Positions 32,795 through 42,224 of a DNA stretch of 43,713 bases are shown here, piece by piece. This DNA comes from Acidobacteria bacterium AH-259-G07. GTDB taxonomy: Bacteria; Acidobacteriota; UBA6911; RPQK01; JADFOI01. The notes below the pieces were generated by a model. That model saw nothing but the letters and a program-made list of their open reading frames with translations. It was not told the origin of the DNA and ran no database searches. Within the stretch, counting starts at the first letter, position 1; each line of letters opens with the position of its first letter. The DNA is taken from NCBI GenBank assembly GCA_027717925.1, contig JALLON010000002.1, positions 1-43,713 on the forward strand. Reading direction: 5' to 3'. The translations under genes and the position numbers were made by a program.

Positions 32795-32990
32795 GGCAAA
32801 ATTCGAGTCATCATGACTCGAATTTTGGCGCCAGAATTCGGGACCTGGGGTCTTGGATTTTGGCGGTGGATGGCCTGGGTTTTGCGAGAGGTGTGGGTGA
32901 CAAAATTCGGGGCATTGGGACCTGGATTTCGGGTGAGGAGGGGGACGCGGGTTTTGGCGGTTTGGTGATAGGTTTTGCTTGGTTTTGCAG
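32795..32990 (+). repeat. GT-rich junction repeat, copy C
   Basis: cagaattcgggacctggggtcttggattttggcgg...gggttttgcgagaggtgtgggtgacaaaattcggggcattgggacctggatttcggg...gacgcgggttttggcggtttggtgataggttttgcttggttttgc. It is homologous to copies A and B and in the same orientation. Confidence 0.7.
32798..32826. terminator. perfect 14-bp-arm hairpin (aaaattcgagtcat c atgactcgaatttt), a probable bidirectional terminator
   Basis: The arms at 32798-32811 and 32813-32826 are exact reverse complements. The A and T runs are built into the stem ends. Confidence 0.6.
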
Positions 32991-33080
32991 AGAGAAATGA
33001 GAGGTTTACCAAGTCTTACCAAAGCCTAACAATATCAATTAATTACCCCAGGTTCCTGTGGGCCGGCCTTTACCCCGTGT

Positions 33081-34148
33081 CTATATTAGAGGGCAAGTTG
33101 GCCAGGCTTGTTGGACGATACTTTCAGTGGTGATAGCACGAGGGAGGCCCTTACCAGCCGACGGCTGTGTGCGTGTTAAATTCAACATTTCATTGTATCC
33201 ATTCTCTCCCGGCATCAGCACAATGTACTCAAAAGTCCGGACTTGTAGTTCCTTAAACACAGCTATAGGCGGCGATTGTTCCGGATAGGCCTCTCCTCTT
33301 CTCGCGGCGATTTCAATTCTTAGATTCTTGTTGGTCTGGCTGAAAACACAAGGGCGAGGTTGCTCGGGGTTTAGGGAACCATCGGGCATTCTTTCGTGAA
33401 GAAAAACACGCTGTGGAGAATTGGGTTGAATACGAAAGAATCGATCGATCACTACCCTATTCAAATGGAGTTGGTGCCAACGTCCTCCAGCTTTTGGAAT
33501 TTGTGCTACAAGGATGCGGGCTTCGATAGTTTCAATCGCAACTTCAGTTTCCTTTTGTTCTGGCTGTTGTTCGGGCTCAACTTCACGGATTCGACGGCGT
33601 CCCCTGATAACGTTCTGTGCTGCCCTTTCCAGAATCTCCTCGTCAATAGGTCGGATGTGGTCGGCAAACCGCTGGAGAAATAGGTCCCACGTGGTCAAAT
33701 CAACTGTTTCCTCTGGATTTGCCCTCACAACTAGGTAAGCTTCGAAGTTTTCTCTGAGTCCTCCAGGAGTAAGGTTCCCGGAACCGACGATTACGGTGTT
33801 CCGACCGTCGGGATAACGGAAGCGCAATATCTTGGGATGAAAGAGACGATTTGTGGGATTCCAAAAGATGCGAACTGTCAGTGTAGGAAACTGATCTTCC
33901 AATTCCTGAAGGCGTTCAAGAGCGTCGCGGTTTGTAATTGCGTCGATGCCTACAAGTAGCTCGCAGTTGCCTCGTTCGAGGAGACCTGTGAACTCTGGGT
34001 CAGAAAAGAGAGTTTCAATTCCGTCGCGGGATGCAAACGCAAATATTGCTCTAACTTCTTCGGCTTCACTAAGTGCCTGGACAATCGCCTCGAACAAGTA
34101 GAGTGTCGAGGGCTCCGTCGGATCTTGTATATGGAAATCGACTTGCAT
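33081..34148 (-). CDS. PLD-family (HxK...GSxN) nuclease, probable restriction endonuclease
   Basis: It has a single HKD-like motif, RLFHPKILRFRYPDGRNTVIVGSGNLTPGG, in the N-terminal half. The C-terminal half is an unassigned, beta-rich, putative DNA-recognition domain. It is the last gene of an operon with two DNA methyltransferases. Confidence 0.65.
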   Translation of the reverse strand: MQVDFHIQDPTEPSTLYLFEAIVQALSEAEEVRAIFAFASRDGIETLFSDPEFTGLLERGNCELLVGIDAITNRDALERLQELEDQFPTLTVRIFWNPTNRLFHPKILRFRYPDGRNTVIVGSGNLTPGGLRENFEAYLVVRANPEETVDLTTWDLFLQRFADHIRPIDEEILERAAQNVIRGRRRIREVEPEQQPEQKETEVAIETIEARILVAQIPKAGGRWHQLHLNRVVIDRFFRIQPNSPQRVFLHERMPDGSLNPEQPRPCVFSQTNKNLRIEIAARRGEAYPEQSPPIAVFKELQVRTFEYIVLMPGENGYNEMLNLTRTQPSAGKGLPRAITTESIVQQAWPTCPLI

Positions 34149-34165
34149 TTGGTCAGATCATGTCC

Positions 34166-35044
34166 TCATCCTGGATCGTGATTTTGATTTGAGGAAGCCA
34201 TTAATTCAGCATAAGGTACGACCTTCGGACCACTTTTTTTGTTTCGTGGAGGTTTGGCGAATATTAGGATGTATTCGTGTACGTTCTTGAAAAGGAAGTT
34301 GGGCGGATAAGGGTAGCTACCAAATATAGGGCGTTGCTTACCCCATGATCCCCACTTGCCTCCAGTACCATCCTTTGACCAAACTATCTCGTTGATCATT
34401 ACGAATCCGAGAGAGCGAAGGAGGATTGTGAAATCTGCGGCTAAAGGGAAGGTGAGCAACCCTTCATCAGTGTATTGATTGACATTAGCGGTGACGACGC
34501 ACAATTTTCTGCCGGGAACGAGGGTCCTAAAACACTCTTTGAAGACTGGTTCGATCTCTTCGAAGAACTGTAGGTAGCTACTAACGTTACCAAGGTTGCG
34601 GCGGTTATTGTCGTAACAAGCTTTGTTCCAATAGGGGGGACTGGTAACTATGAGGTGCACTGACTCGTCTTCAAGGAAATCCAGTGATCGGCTGTCACCC
34701 CTATGTACTGTTAATGGCTTCTTGAAACGTCCACCGTTTTTCAGTTTTGAACACTCGTTTTGAATAAATCGAGCGTATTTGTGATTCTGCTCTACGCATA
34801 TAGCTTTTCTGCCTAGTGGTATCGCTGCCTTAGCTGTGGTTCCTACTCCTGCGAATGGATCGAGAACCGTTTCACCGTAAAATGTGAACAGTTTGGTCAG
34901 ACGGGTTGGGATCTCAATGGGGAAGACTGCGGGGTGTTCAGGATGTGTTGTGTTAGCTATGTGCCATACCGTTTTTGTAAACTCGCGCCATTCTTCCTTG
35001 CTGAGCCTGCTTTTTTCCTTAATACTAGATGTGACTTTCCTCAT
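34166..35044 (-). CDS. DNA methyltransferase (N4-C/N6-A family, SPPY motif; motif I precedes motif IV)
   Basis: HPAVFPIEIPTRLTKLFTFYGETVLDPFAGVGTT (motifs X and I) is followed by HLIVTSPPYW (motif IV). ATGA overlap with the upstream gene at 35041-35044. Confidence 0.8.
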   Translation of the reverse strand: MRKVTSSIKEKSRLSKEEWREFTKTVWHIANTTHPEHPAVFPIEIPTRLTKLFTFYGETVLDPFAGVGTTAKAAIPLGRKAICVEQNHKYARFIQNECSKLKNGGRFKKPLTVHRGDSRSLDFLEDESVHLIVTSPPYWNKACYDNNRRNLGNVSSYLQFFEEIEPVFKECFRTLVPGRKLCVVTANVNQYTDEGLLTFPLAADFTILLRSLGFVMINEIVWSKDGTGGKWGSWGKQRPIFGSYPYPPNFLFKNVHEYILIFAKPPRNKKSGPKVVPYAELMASSNQNHDPG

Positions 35045-37323
35045 CTTCGTTCTCCCCCGGAAATATGATTGATTCTCGACATGTTCCTTCTACGCTCATC
35101 GGCGTCATCTACAACTACGACATCTATGAGAAAAGTGCGAAGGTGGTCCGCCAAGCTAGATGAAATGTTGGCGGACTGAAGTAGCACTTTATCAATACCA
35201 TCTCGCTCAACTTCACAGTTGTCTGGAGGATGGGCTATCATTTTTCTCCCGCCATTAAGGCTTTCGGTCCGGTTTTCCCTCACCTTTTCCCAAGTTCTTG
35301 CCCCGAGCCTCGAAAGCTGCACTAACTCTTTGCGTTGAAAAGAAGAACGTCCAAAGGGTATTTGTTCTACAAAGGTTCTGGGAACATGGAATCCATCGCA
35401 ACGTACACGCCATAGCCAATAAACCAAACGACTTGAGAGAACGGCAAAACAGACTCGGGCCATTTCCTCGGTATCGAATTCCAAACTGAGAAGTTTATTT
35501 TTACTTAGTGTCTCGCTGATTTTTGGCAAGGAACGAAAGACATTAAGGAAATTGTAAGCGGTACTAGCAATGAATACCTTTGGGGTCTCGGTTTCGCGGG
35601 TGGCTTCGAGTGGCGTACAACTCTTTGCGTGTTGCCACAACGTTCTCAAAGAGTCGGGACAACCGGACAGAACCTGATAGGCTTTGGCCTCGTTGTCTCC
35701 CGATAGCTTTGGAATTCCAGAGAGGATTGAGTTACTACTTAACTTGGTAAATCTTATGGAAGAGAAGAGTTGTTTTCTGGTCCGACTAGTCCACTTGTAG
35801 AGGGAGGTGGTGTATGGCTGGAAATCGGAGGACGTTTGATAGGTTTCTACTCTAAAAAGAATAGCATTTCGGGTTTTGACTTCTTCTCCAAACAACGCGT
35901 GGGGCTCACGGTCAAAAAAGGCAAAGCGCCAGTCGCTACCGTGCTTCGTCATAGCTTTTCGGCAAGCCTTGTAGGCTCGGCCTTGATGATAGCTGATCGA
36001 CAATGGTACTACCATTGCTGATGAGTTTTCCCCTCCAGCTGCCAGTCTCCACATCATCTCAATAAATAGTAGAAACGCGTTTTCATTACCGTTTGTCTTA
36101 ACGCCCGTCAAAGTCTCATATTCGCGAGAAAGGAAAGGAAGATCGTTACGGTTTCCAAGAGAAGTGTATGGAGGGTTACCGATCACCAGATCGAATCCTT
36201 TAGGGACCTCTGGGAAAAGCGCTTGTAGAGGGATGCGATGTGCACCCCCATTTAACCAACTGACTAAGGTTGGAGAAGAGTTCTTTGAGGCCGTGCTCCT
36301 AACCAGTAAAGGCAGAGACGTCCGTCGCGGATCTAAGAGTTGTCTTCTAATTCTTTGTCGACCGATATGGTCTATCGACCCAGAATGAGCATGGGAGTTG
36401 TCAATGAATACGTTAAGAGAATCTACTGTACAGAGGTTGAGGCTGAGGGCATGCCAGGCGGCCCAGGGAGTAATCCCCGTAGAGAGTGCGTCAGACAAAC
36501 ACTCGTGCAAGAGAACAAAAGTACAGGATTCAACTACCAGTGGATCTACGTCCAGTCCGTAGAGACATTCTACGGAATAAGTGAAGGGTTTGAAGCCGCC
36601 CTCGGTAGTAAGCGCGTTCGCTACCCTCATCATCGCAAGCAAAAAGACGCCGGTGCCACAGCATGGATCCAGGCATCGGAGGTTCGTGTGAGCGGGAGCT
36701 TTGCGTCTGAGAAGGTATGAAACCATGTATTCCGCAACGTCGGCGGGTGTGTAGAAAACGCCTTTTCGCTTCTTAATTTCTCGTGCCTGGCGTGTCGTTG
36801 GATCACGGAGCACAGTAAGACGCGTGCCGGGGCCATGAGGCTCCAAAATGTAAGGTAACAAATCAAAGAAATTGTGATCTAAGTGAGTCTGCGACAGTAG
36901 TTCCAGGGCCTGCCTTTCAACTTCAACGGGGATCTTAGAGGCGAGAGATGGTAGGTGGCTTCTCTCACGATCGAGGAACCAGTTTTCTGAATCAAGGAAA
37001 CCGGCATTTTGATTAATCACTCCGATTTTTCTTGCAAGTATCCACGTGTTTACAAGAGTCCAGGCGGCACGACGTGCTAAATGTTGTTCTCGTAGAGTGT
37101 ATCCCTCATGAGGGAGCCACCTAGAAAAGAAGAGTTGTCTAAACTCCGATTCGAACGCCAGGTTTGTGAGCACCTCTTCTAATTTCCGAACGGCCCGCCG
37201 AACAGATTTGGCTCTCTCCTCGGTGAGGGAGAACAGGCTACGCCCTGGACCCGGAACTGATGGTCTAATCGGGGCCTGTAAAGCATTTGTTGGGTTGACT
37301 TGAATATTCTCCAGAGCTTTCAT
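35041..37323 (-). CDS. Eco57I-like gamma-class N6-adenine DNA methyltransferase (about 760 aa)
   Basis: The frame is open to TTG 37440. ATG 37323 has GAGGTGG upstream. Motifs: GVFYTPADVAEYMV, CLDPCCGTGVFLL (motif I), DLVIGNPPYTS (motif IV). The long N- and C-terminal regions are unassigned. Confidence 0.75.
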   Translation of the reverse strand: MKALENIQVNPTNALQAPIRPSVPGPGRSLFSLTEERAKSVRRAVRKLEEVLTNLAFESEFRQLFFSRWLPHEGYTLREQHLARRAAWTLVNTWILARKIGVINQNAGFLDSENWFLDRERSHLPSLASKIPVEVERQALELLSQTHLDHNFFDLLPYILEPHGPGTRLTVLRDPTTRQAREIKKRKGVFYTPADVAEYMVSYLLRRKAPAHTNLRCLDPCCGTGVFLLAMMRVANALTTEGGFKPFTYSVECLYGLDVDPLVVESCTFVLLHECLSDALSTGITPWAAWHALSLNLCTVDSLNVFIDNSHAHSGSIDHIGRQRIRRQLLDPRRTSLPLLVRSTASKNSSPTLVSWLNGGAHRIPLQALFPEVPKGFDLVIGNPPYTSLGNRNDLPFLSREYETLTGVKTNGNENAFLLFIEMMWRLAAGGENSSAMVVPLSISYHQGRAYKACRKAMTKHGSDWRFAFFDREPHALFGEEVKTRNAILFRVETYQTSSDFQPYTTSLYKWTSRTRKQLFSSIRFTKLSSNSILSGIPKLSGDNEAKAYQVLSGCPDSLRTLWQHAKSCTPLEATRETETPKVFIASTAYNFLNVFRSLPKISETLSKNKLLSLEFDTEEMARVCFAVLSSRLVYWLWRVRCDGFHVPRTFVEQIPFGRSSFQRKELVQLSRLGARTWEKVRENRTESLNGGRKMIAHPPDNCEVERDGIDKVLLQSANISSSLADHLRTFLIDVVVVDDADERRRNMSRINHISGGERR

Positions 37324-37505
37324 CCACCACCTCAACGGGCTTTCTACTACATGGGGGAACTTGACCGAAGTCACTCTATTTATAACAGGTAGGAGCGACA
37401 CGGATACAATTTTTCCACAAGACACTGACAGGATTTTCAAGTACTTAAATCTTTCTTTTTCTATCAGTTAACTGGACAGATAGGTTTATTGTTCCCGCAC
37501 AGTCT

Positions 37506-37826
37506 TTGGGAAGATGTATTTCAAGCGGAAGGACCGTTACTGAAAAAGAACGACTTCGCCGAGAATTCCTCAATTTTTTGGCGGAACACCCGGAGGCATA
37601 CCGTCCCTTTTACGATCAGAACCGATGGTGCGCGCTAGCCCGCCCAGGCGATCCGATGTTTGATTCCACAGGAGGAATCAGCCCGTCAGCGTTCCAGACA
37701 AGAGAGGAAGCCGCAGACTGGGTACAGAAATATCACAGGTTCTTTGGAACACCTCTGGTCGACTGGATAATCGCAACCGAGGCCGGCCTGCGAAGGAAGC
37801 TGGAAAATTTGGAAGTTATCAATTAA
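37506..37826 (+). CDS. hypothetical protein (106 aa, TTG start)
   Basis: ORF only: non-ATG start and no motif. Confidence 0.3.
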   Translation: MGRCISSGRTVTEKERLRREFLNFLAEHPEAYRPFYDQNRWCALARPGDPMFDSTGGISPSAFQTREEAADWVQKYHRFFGTPLVDWIIATEAGLRRKLENLEVIN

Positions 37827-38028
37827 CCTGCTCAGATCACTTGTTCAGGTTAAGTGTCATGAGAATCCACCTTGGACTCCCCATACACATACTAGATTCA
37901 CTACTACACTACAAACTTTTTATATCTTGAGTGTCTCGCGTGAGGGTGGGTGGGGGCTAGGTCTGGGGGCCATTCTTCCCATCTGTTGTGCTCGATAATT
38001 AAGAGAGCAAATCCGACCGTGCCACAAA

Positions 38029-38931
38029 TTACACCACTAAAAGCTTGTGGAGTTCTACTAATTCAATTTCGCCGCTCCTTGGTGGAGCTCCTTCCGCGTA
38101 CACTGTCCAGTACAGCTTCTTGTCCTGGAGCGCTTCCCTGCTAAGTTCGCGAAACTTGTAAGCCACATGAAGTCGATCGTGATAGTCGGCAAGCCTTACC
38201 TCATCATCCGCGAACATTGGTGGCAGATTAAGCGCCGAGCTTCTGATCATGATTTCCTGATAATCTTCCATCCCTCTAACGGGGAAACTGTGCGAGTACC
38301 CGTGTCCTTTCATTTCAAGAATTTTCAACGGGAGAGCAATTTTCAACCCATACTCTTTCACTGTAACGGAACCTAAATTCAGAATCTCAATTGTTAAGAC
38401 CGCTGTCTTATCAACCAAGCGCGAAGAGAAGTGCGGTTCCAACACCGGCCGCTTAACTCGGTTCATCACGTCTCGGATTTCATAGTCCTCCATTGGTTCG
38501 GACTTGAAGTTATACCTCTTGTAGTACTTCTTGTCATGAGCTTGATGAGCCGTGCTGCTCTGAGGCACATAAACCAGATAAATATAGTTCCCATTTGATA
38601 GCTTTATATCGTTAATGATCACCCCACCGATCTTGGGCTGGATTCTCGACGTGATTACGTTCTCAAGCCACTCCTTCGAAATCTCATTAGGATCATATCC
38701 ATGGTCAATCCTTTCAGGTTCGTGGTTGTTCTCGATCACCCCATAAACGATCGCACCTCCGGCTGAATTAGCGAACGAACTCACATCCTTACTGACCTCG
38801 TTTTTCTTACCATCCGTCTTCCCTAGCGAATCACACTCTTTGTACTCAAGTGTGAGGCTTTCTGTTGCTGGTTGGTCTACAAGCTCCTGAATCTCTTCCT
38901 CAGTGGTCCGTTCCCACATTTCCTTACTCAT
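38029..38931 (-). CDS. Schlafen/AlbA_2-domain protein
   Basis: ESLTLEYKEC...EVSKDVSSFANSAGGAIVYGV...WLENVITSRIQPKI...YIYLVYVPQSS...YYKRYNFKSEPMEDYEIRDVM follows the AlbA_2 (divergent AAA/Schlafen) pattern. The roughly 140-aa C-terminal domain is unassigned. Confidence 0.65.
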   Translation of the reverse strand: MSKEMWERTTEEEIQELVDQPATESLTLEYKECDSLGKTDGKKNEVSKDVSSFANSAGGAIVYGVIENNHEPERIDHGYDPNEISKEWLENVITSRIQPKIGGVIINDIKLSNGNYIYLVYVPQSSTAHQAHDKKYYKRYNFKSEPMEDYEIRDVMNRVKRPVLEPHFSSRLVDKTAVLTIEILNLGSVTVKEYGLKIALPLKILEMKGHGYSHSFPVRGMEDYQEIMIRSSALNLPPMFADDEVRLADYHDRLHVAYKFRELSREALQDKKLYWTVYAEGAPPRSGEIELVELHKLLVV

Positions 38932-39457
38932 ATCTTTCCCATTTTATCAGGACCACGAACAGGGACCATCCACCATACTGGCACTCACGCCAACCTGGGC
39001 GTCAACCCGCTTAGCAGCGGGTGCTACGCTGGCTTTTCCCTTCGTCTGTCGCAGGATCAATAAGTACTAGTTTCTACCTTTTGCCCTGCTGGATGATCAT
39101 ATACTCAAATAGCGGAGTATCCGCCGGAGTATCCAAAGAAATTTACCAAAAAGCCAGCCTTCTTACACAACTAAAGAACTATCCGAAACCTCTCCAACTC
39201 ATCCCGTAATATCCCGCAACTGTAGCCAAAATTAGCAAAACTTAGATAAACTCAAATAAAGAACACACCCTGCACAACTTGCTGATTTTAAAAGCTTTGA
39301 TGAGCTCAAATAAACTCATATAAACTGATGTAAAAACGCTGAGCATGGTCTACGAAACCATAACCGGGCATCTTGACAAAAGCGCCAAAACAACCCTTTC
39401 TTGTTTATCTATTAGGGATTACGCTATTTTAGACTGTGACTGAAGGCGACAGGAAAT

Positions 39458-39498
39458 TACAATATTTAACTGCAGAGTAACTACAATTTTAACTACAG
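39458..39498 (+). promoter_or_regulatory. direct repeat tacaat(a)tttaact(g/a)cag x2, a candidate operator upstream of the 39600 operon
   Basis: Copies are at 39458-39475 and 39482-39498, about 100 nt upstream of ATG 39600, in an AT-rich spacer. The spacer also carries three ataaact motifs (39245-39335) and a TTGACA at about 39374. Confidence 0.35.
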
Positions 39499-39599
39499 CT
39501 CTGATCCACCTCTGAGTCTTCGTACGGAAACAATTTTCGGACCAATCCTGTTTCACGGTTGACGCAGCCACTGGTCAAGTAATAGCTTTAGGTTTTTCT

Positions 39600-40232
39600 A
39601 TGTTTTACCCAACCGTCGAGGAATTCAAAGAGGTCCTACTTGCTCGCCCGCTCGACTCAGTGGTCAACGATTACATTTTTACCGGCACGCCATTCGTCTT
39701 CCGTGGCCGACCGGAGACCATGAATGAATTACGAGAACACTTATTGAAGTCGTTGAGCGTTTCGGAACAAGACGTCGTTGTTGTTGGCAGCGCGAAGATT
39801 GGTTTTAGTCTGAATCCTCATAACTTTTCCCGCCAATTCACCGATCAATCAGACATAGACATCGTCGTAGTTAATGAGACTCTTTTCGATAAAATCTGGA
39901 AGGTATTATTAAGCTGGAGCTATCCTCGAAGATACCGCTTGGTCGGCAGCGAAAACGAATGGGAGGAACAAAGGAAAGACGATCTCTATTGGGGCTGGTT
40001 CAGACCAGACAAAATTCGATATGAAGGGTTGTCTCTGCCGAGACTTCTCGAACCACTGAGAGACCTTTCGACGGATTGGTTTAATGCTTTTCAAAGCCTT
40101 TCCATTTATTCTGAGTTAGCTGCTCGGGATGTATCCGGCCGTCTCTATCGCACGTGGCCTCACGCCCTCATGTATTATGAGAACAGTCTCGGAAAGATAA
40201 AGAAAATCGTTCAGGAAGAACATAGGATTTGA
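39600..40232 (+). CDS. pol-beta-fold nucleotidyltransferase-like protein (210 aa)
   Basis: VVVVGSAKIGFSLNP...(13 aa)...QSDIDIVVV fits the GS-x(n)-[DE]-x-[DE] minimal NTase signature. The C-terminal helical half is unassigned. Confidence 0.5.
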   Translation: MFYPTVEEFKEVLLARPLDSVVNDYIFTGTPFVFRGRPETMNELREHLLKSLSVSEQDVVVVGSAKIGFSLNPHNFSRQFTDQSDIDIVVVNETLFDKIWKVLLSWSYPRRYRLVGSENEWEEQRKDDLYWGWFRPDKIRYEGLSLPRLLEPLRDLSTDWFNAFQSLSIYSELAARDVSGRLYRTWPHALMYYENSLGKIKKIVQEEHRI

Positions 40233-40238
40233 AAGCAA

Positions 40239-41321
40239 ATGGAGTTTGAGTCTTCAACACAAATCATAGGTTGGTTAAGAGATAGGTATATTGAAGGTAC
40301 TCTTGAGATTAGACCGCCGTATCAACGAAAGCCCGTTTGGGCGGCTCGGCAAAAGTGTTACCTGATAGAGTCAGTTCTTATGGGCTTGCCTGTTCCTGAG
40401 ATTTATATACAACAGAGCGTATCGGCAGGGGGTAGAACTACATACGCCATTGTGGATGGGCAGCAGCGCGTTCGTACGATTTTGCAGTTTATTGGTGCTG
40501 AAACCGACCCCGAAGAACAGGAGTACAACAAATTTTCTTTGGATAAGCTTCCGGCTCAATCTGAGTGGCGAAACCTAACATTTTCTGACCTTTCGGAGGA
40601 GAAACAAATCAAGTTTATTGGCTATAGGTTTACGGTTAGGTTTTTAGATACAGATAGCGAACCTGAAGTACGGAGTATGTTTACGCGTCTCAACAAATAC
40701 CTGACTCCGTTAAATGCCCAAGAGCTACGAAACGCTACCTATACCGGCCCACTCATTCGGCTCGTCACTAAGTTAGCAGATGATGAGTACTGGGCAGAAA
40801 ACAAAATAGTGACAGCTGCTTCAATTCGAAGGATGGGAGATGTGGAGTTTGCAAGCAATCTTCTCATTGGTGTGTTGCATGGCCCGCAAGGTGGGAGTCC
40901 CAAAATAGTCGATTCATACTATGAGCAATATGAAGATTACGAAGACGAATTTCCAGGTCAGCCGGCTGCAACAAAGCTTTTCAACGAGACACTAGACATA
41001 GTGAAAACGCTCTTCGCGGATATAAGAAATACTCGCTGGGGTAACAAGACGGATTTTTATACTCTTTTTGTCGGATTGGCCTCATTGTTGAGGACCAGCG
41101 ACCTGACAGGCAGAAAAGTTAGGGAAGTCAGGGGGGTACTTCAGGACTTCGCCAATCAGGTGGATCTGCGTCTCTCTAACGAGAGGGCCAAAGTAAGTCG
41201 CTCAGCGATTGACTACGTAAGGGCTGTAGAGAAAGGTGCCAATGATAAAAGGCGGCGGGCAGATCGTCATAACGTACTGGTAGAGTTGATTCAGGCCTAC
41301 TTTAGGGCCAGGAAACATTAG
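40239..41321 (+). CDS. DUF262 (ParB/GmrSD N-terminal-like) protein without a DUF1524/HNH domain
   Basis: IRPPYQRKPVWAARQKCYLIESVLMGLPVPEIYI...YAIVDGQQRVRTILQFI is the DUF262 signature, including DGQQR. It starts 6 nt after the previous gene. Confidence 0.8.
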   Translation: MEFESSTQIIGWLRDRYIEGTLEIRPPYQRKPVWAARQKCYLIESVLMGLPVPEIYIQQSVSAGGRTTYAIVDGQQRVRTILQFIGAETDPEEQEYNKFSLDKLPAQSEWRNLTFSDLSEEKQIKFIGYRFTVRFLDTDSEPEVRSMFTRLNKYLTPLNAQELRNATYTGPLIRLVTKLADDEYWAENKIVTAASIRRMGDVEFASNLLIGVLHGPQGGSPKIVDSYYEQYEDYEDEFPGQPAATKLFNETLDIVKTLFADIRNTRWGNKTDFYTLFVGLASLLRTSDLTGRKVREVRGVLQDFANQVDLRLSNERAKVSRSAIDYVRAVEKGANDKRRRADRHNVLVELIQAYFRARKH

Positions 41322-41325
41322 GAGA

Positions 41326-42198
41326 ATGGGTAGACAACTTTACGAGATCCTGTGTGCAGATGCTTTTCGGTGGCTGGAAAGGCGCAGAGCGAAGTCAATT
41401 CATGCAGTCGTTACGGACCCTCCGTACAGCGTTCTTGAGTACACGCCGGAACAGCTCAATAAACAGCGTAATGGACGCGGGGGAATTTGGCGTCTTCCGC
41501 ATAATTATGACGGCTCAAAACGCAAACCGGTGCCACGTTTCACAGTGCTGCGTTCGAAGGATCTAGAAAGGCTGCAGGATTTCCACGCTCGCCTCTCACC
41601 TCAGCTCTTTAGAGTCTTGGTGCCGGGTGGTCATGTCATCATCGCCTCACAACATCTACTATGTCATTTCGTTGTCTCAGCATTTACTGACGCTGGGTTT
41701 GAAATCCGTGGCCAAATTGCCCGTATCGTCAAAACCCTTAGAGGGGGTGATAGGCCTAAGGGCGCTCATGAGGAGTTTCGAGATCTCTCGGTTAGCCCAA
41801 GATCTTGTTGGGAGCCCTGGCTAATATTCCGGAAACCTTGCGAAGGCCGAGTAAAGGAAAATTTGGAAAAGTGGCATACTGGAGCGCTTCGGCGCCCGCA
41901 ATCGGATGTGCCTTTCAAAGACCTAATTGAATCTGCTCCCGCTAGGGGTACTGAAAAAAGGCTCGCACCACACCCCTCCCTCAAACCTCAGGCTTTCGTG
42001 AGACAGATCGTTCGGGCGTCACTTCCTCTCGGCAAGGGCGTCATTTTGGACCCATTTATGGGTTCAGGCTCGACGATAGCAGCCGCACACCATCTGGGTT
42101 TAAGGAGTATAGGCATAGAGATGGATGAGGAGTTCTTCGAGCTGGCGCAGACGTTTATACCAGAGTTGTCTAAACTACAGGTAAACGGGACTCGATAG
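41326..42198 (+). CDS. beta-class DNA methyltransferase (DPPY; N6-A or N4-C)
   Basis: IHAVVTDPPYSV (motif IV) is N-terminal. HPSLKPQAFVRQIVRASLPLGKGVILDPFMGSGSTIAAA (motifs X and I) is C-terminal. It starts 4 nt after the DUF262 gene. Confidence 0.85.
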   Translation: MGRQLYEILCADAFRWLERRRAKSIHAVVTDPPYSVLEYTPEQLNKQRNGRGGIWRLPHNYDGSKRKPVPRFTVLRSKDLERLQDFHARLSPQLFRVLVPGGHVIIASQHLLCHFVVSAFTDAGFEIRGQIARIVKTLRGGDRPKGAHEEFRDLSVSPRSCWEPWLIFRKPCEGRVKENLEKWHTGALRRPQSDVPFKDLIESAPARGTEKRLAPHPSLKPQAFVRQIVRASLPLGKGVILDPFMGSGSTIAAAHHLGLRSIGIEMDEEFFELAQTFIPELSKLQVNGTR

Positions 42199-42224
42199 TT
42201 ATCTAGGAACCCCGCAGAAACTTT

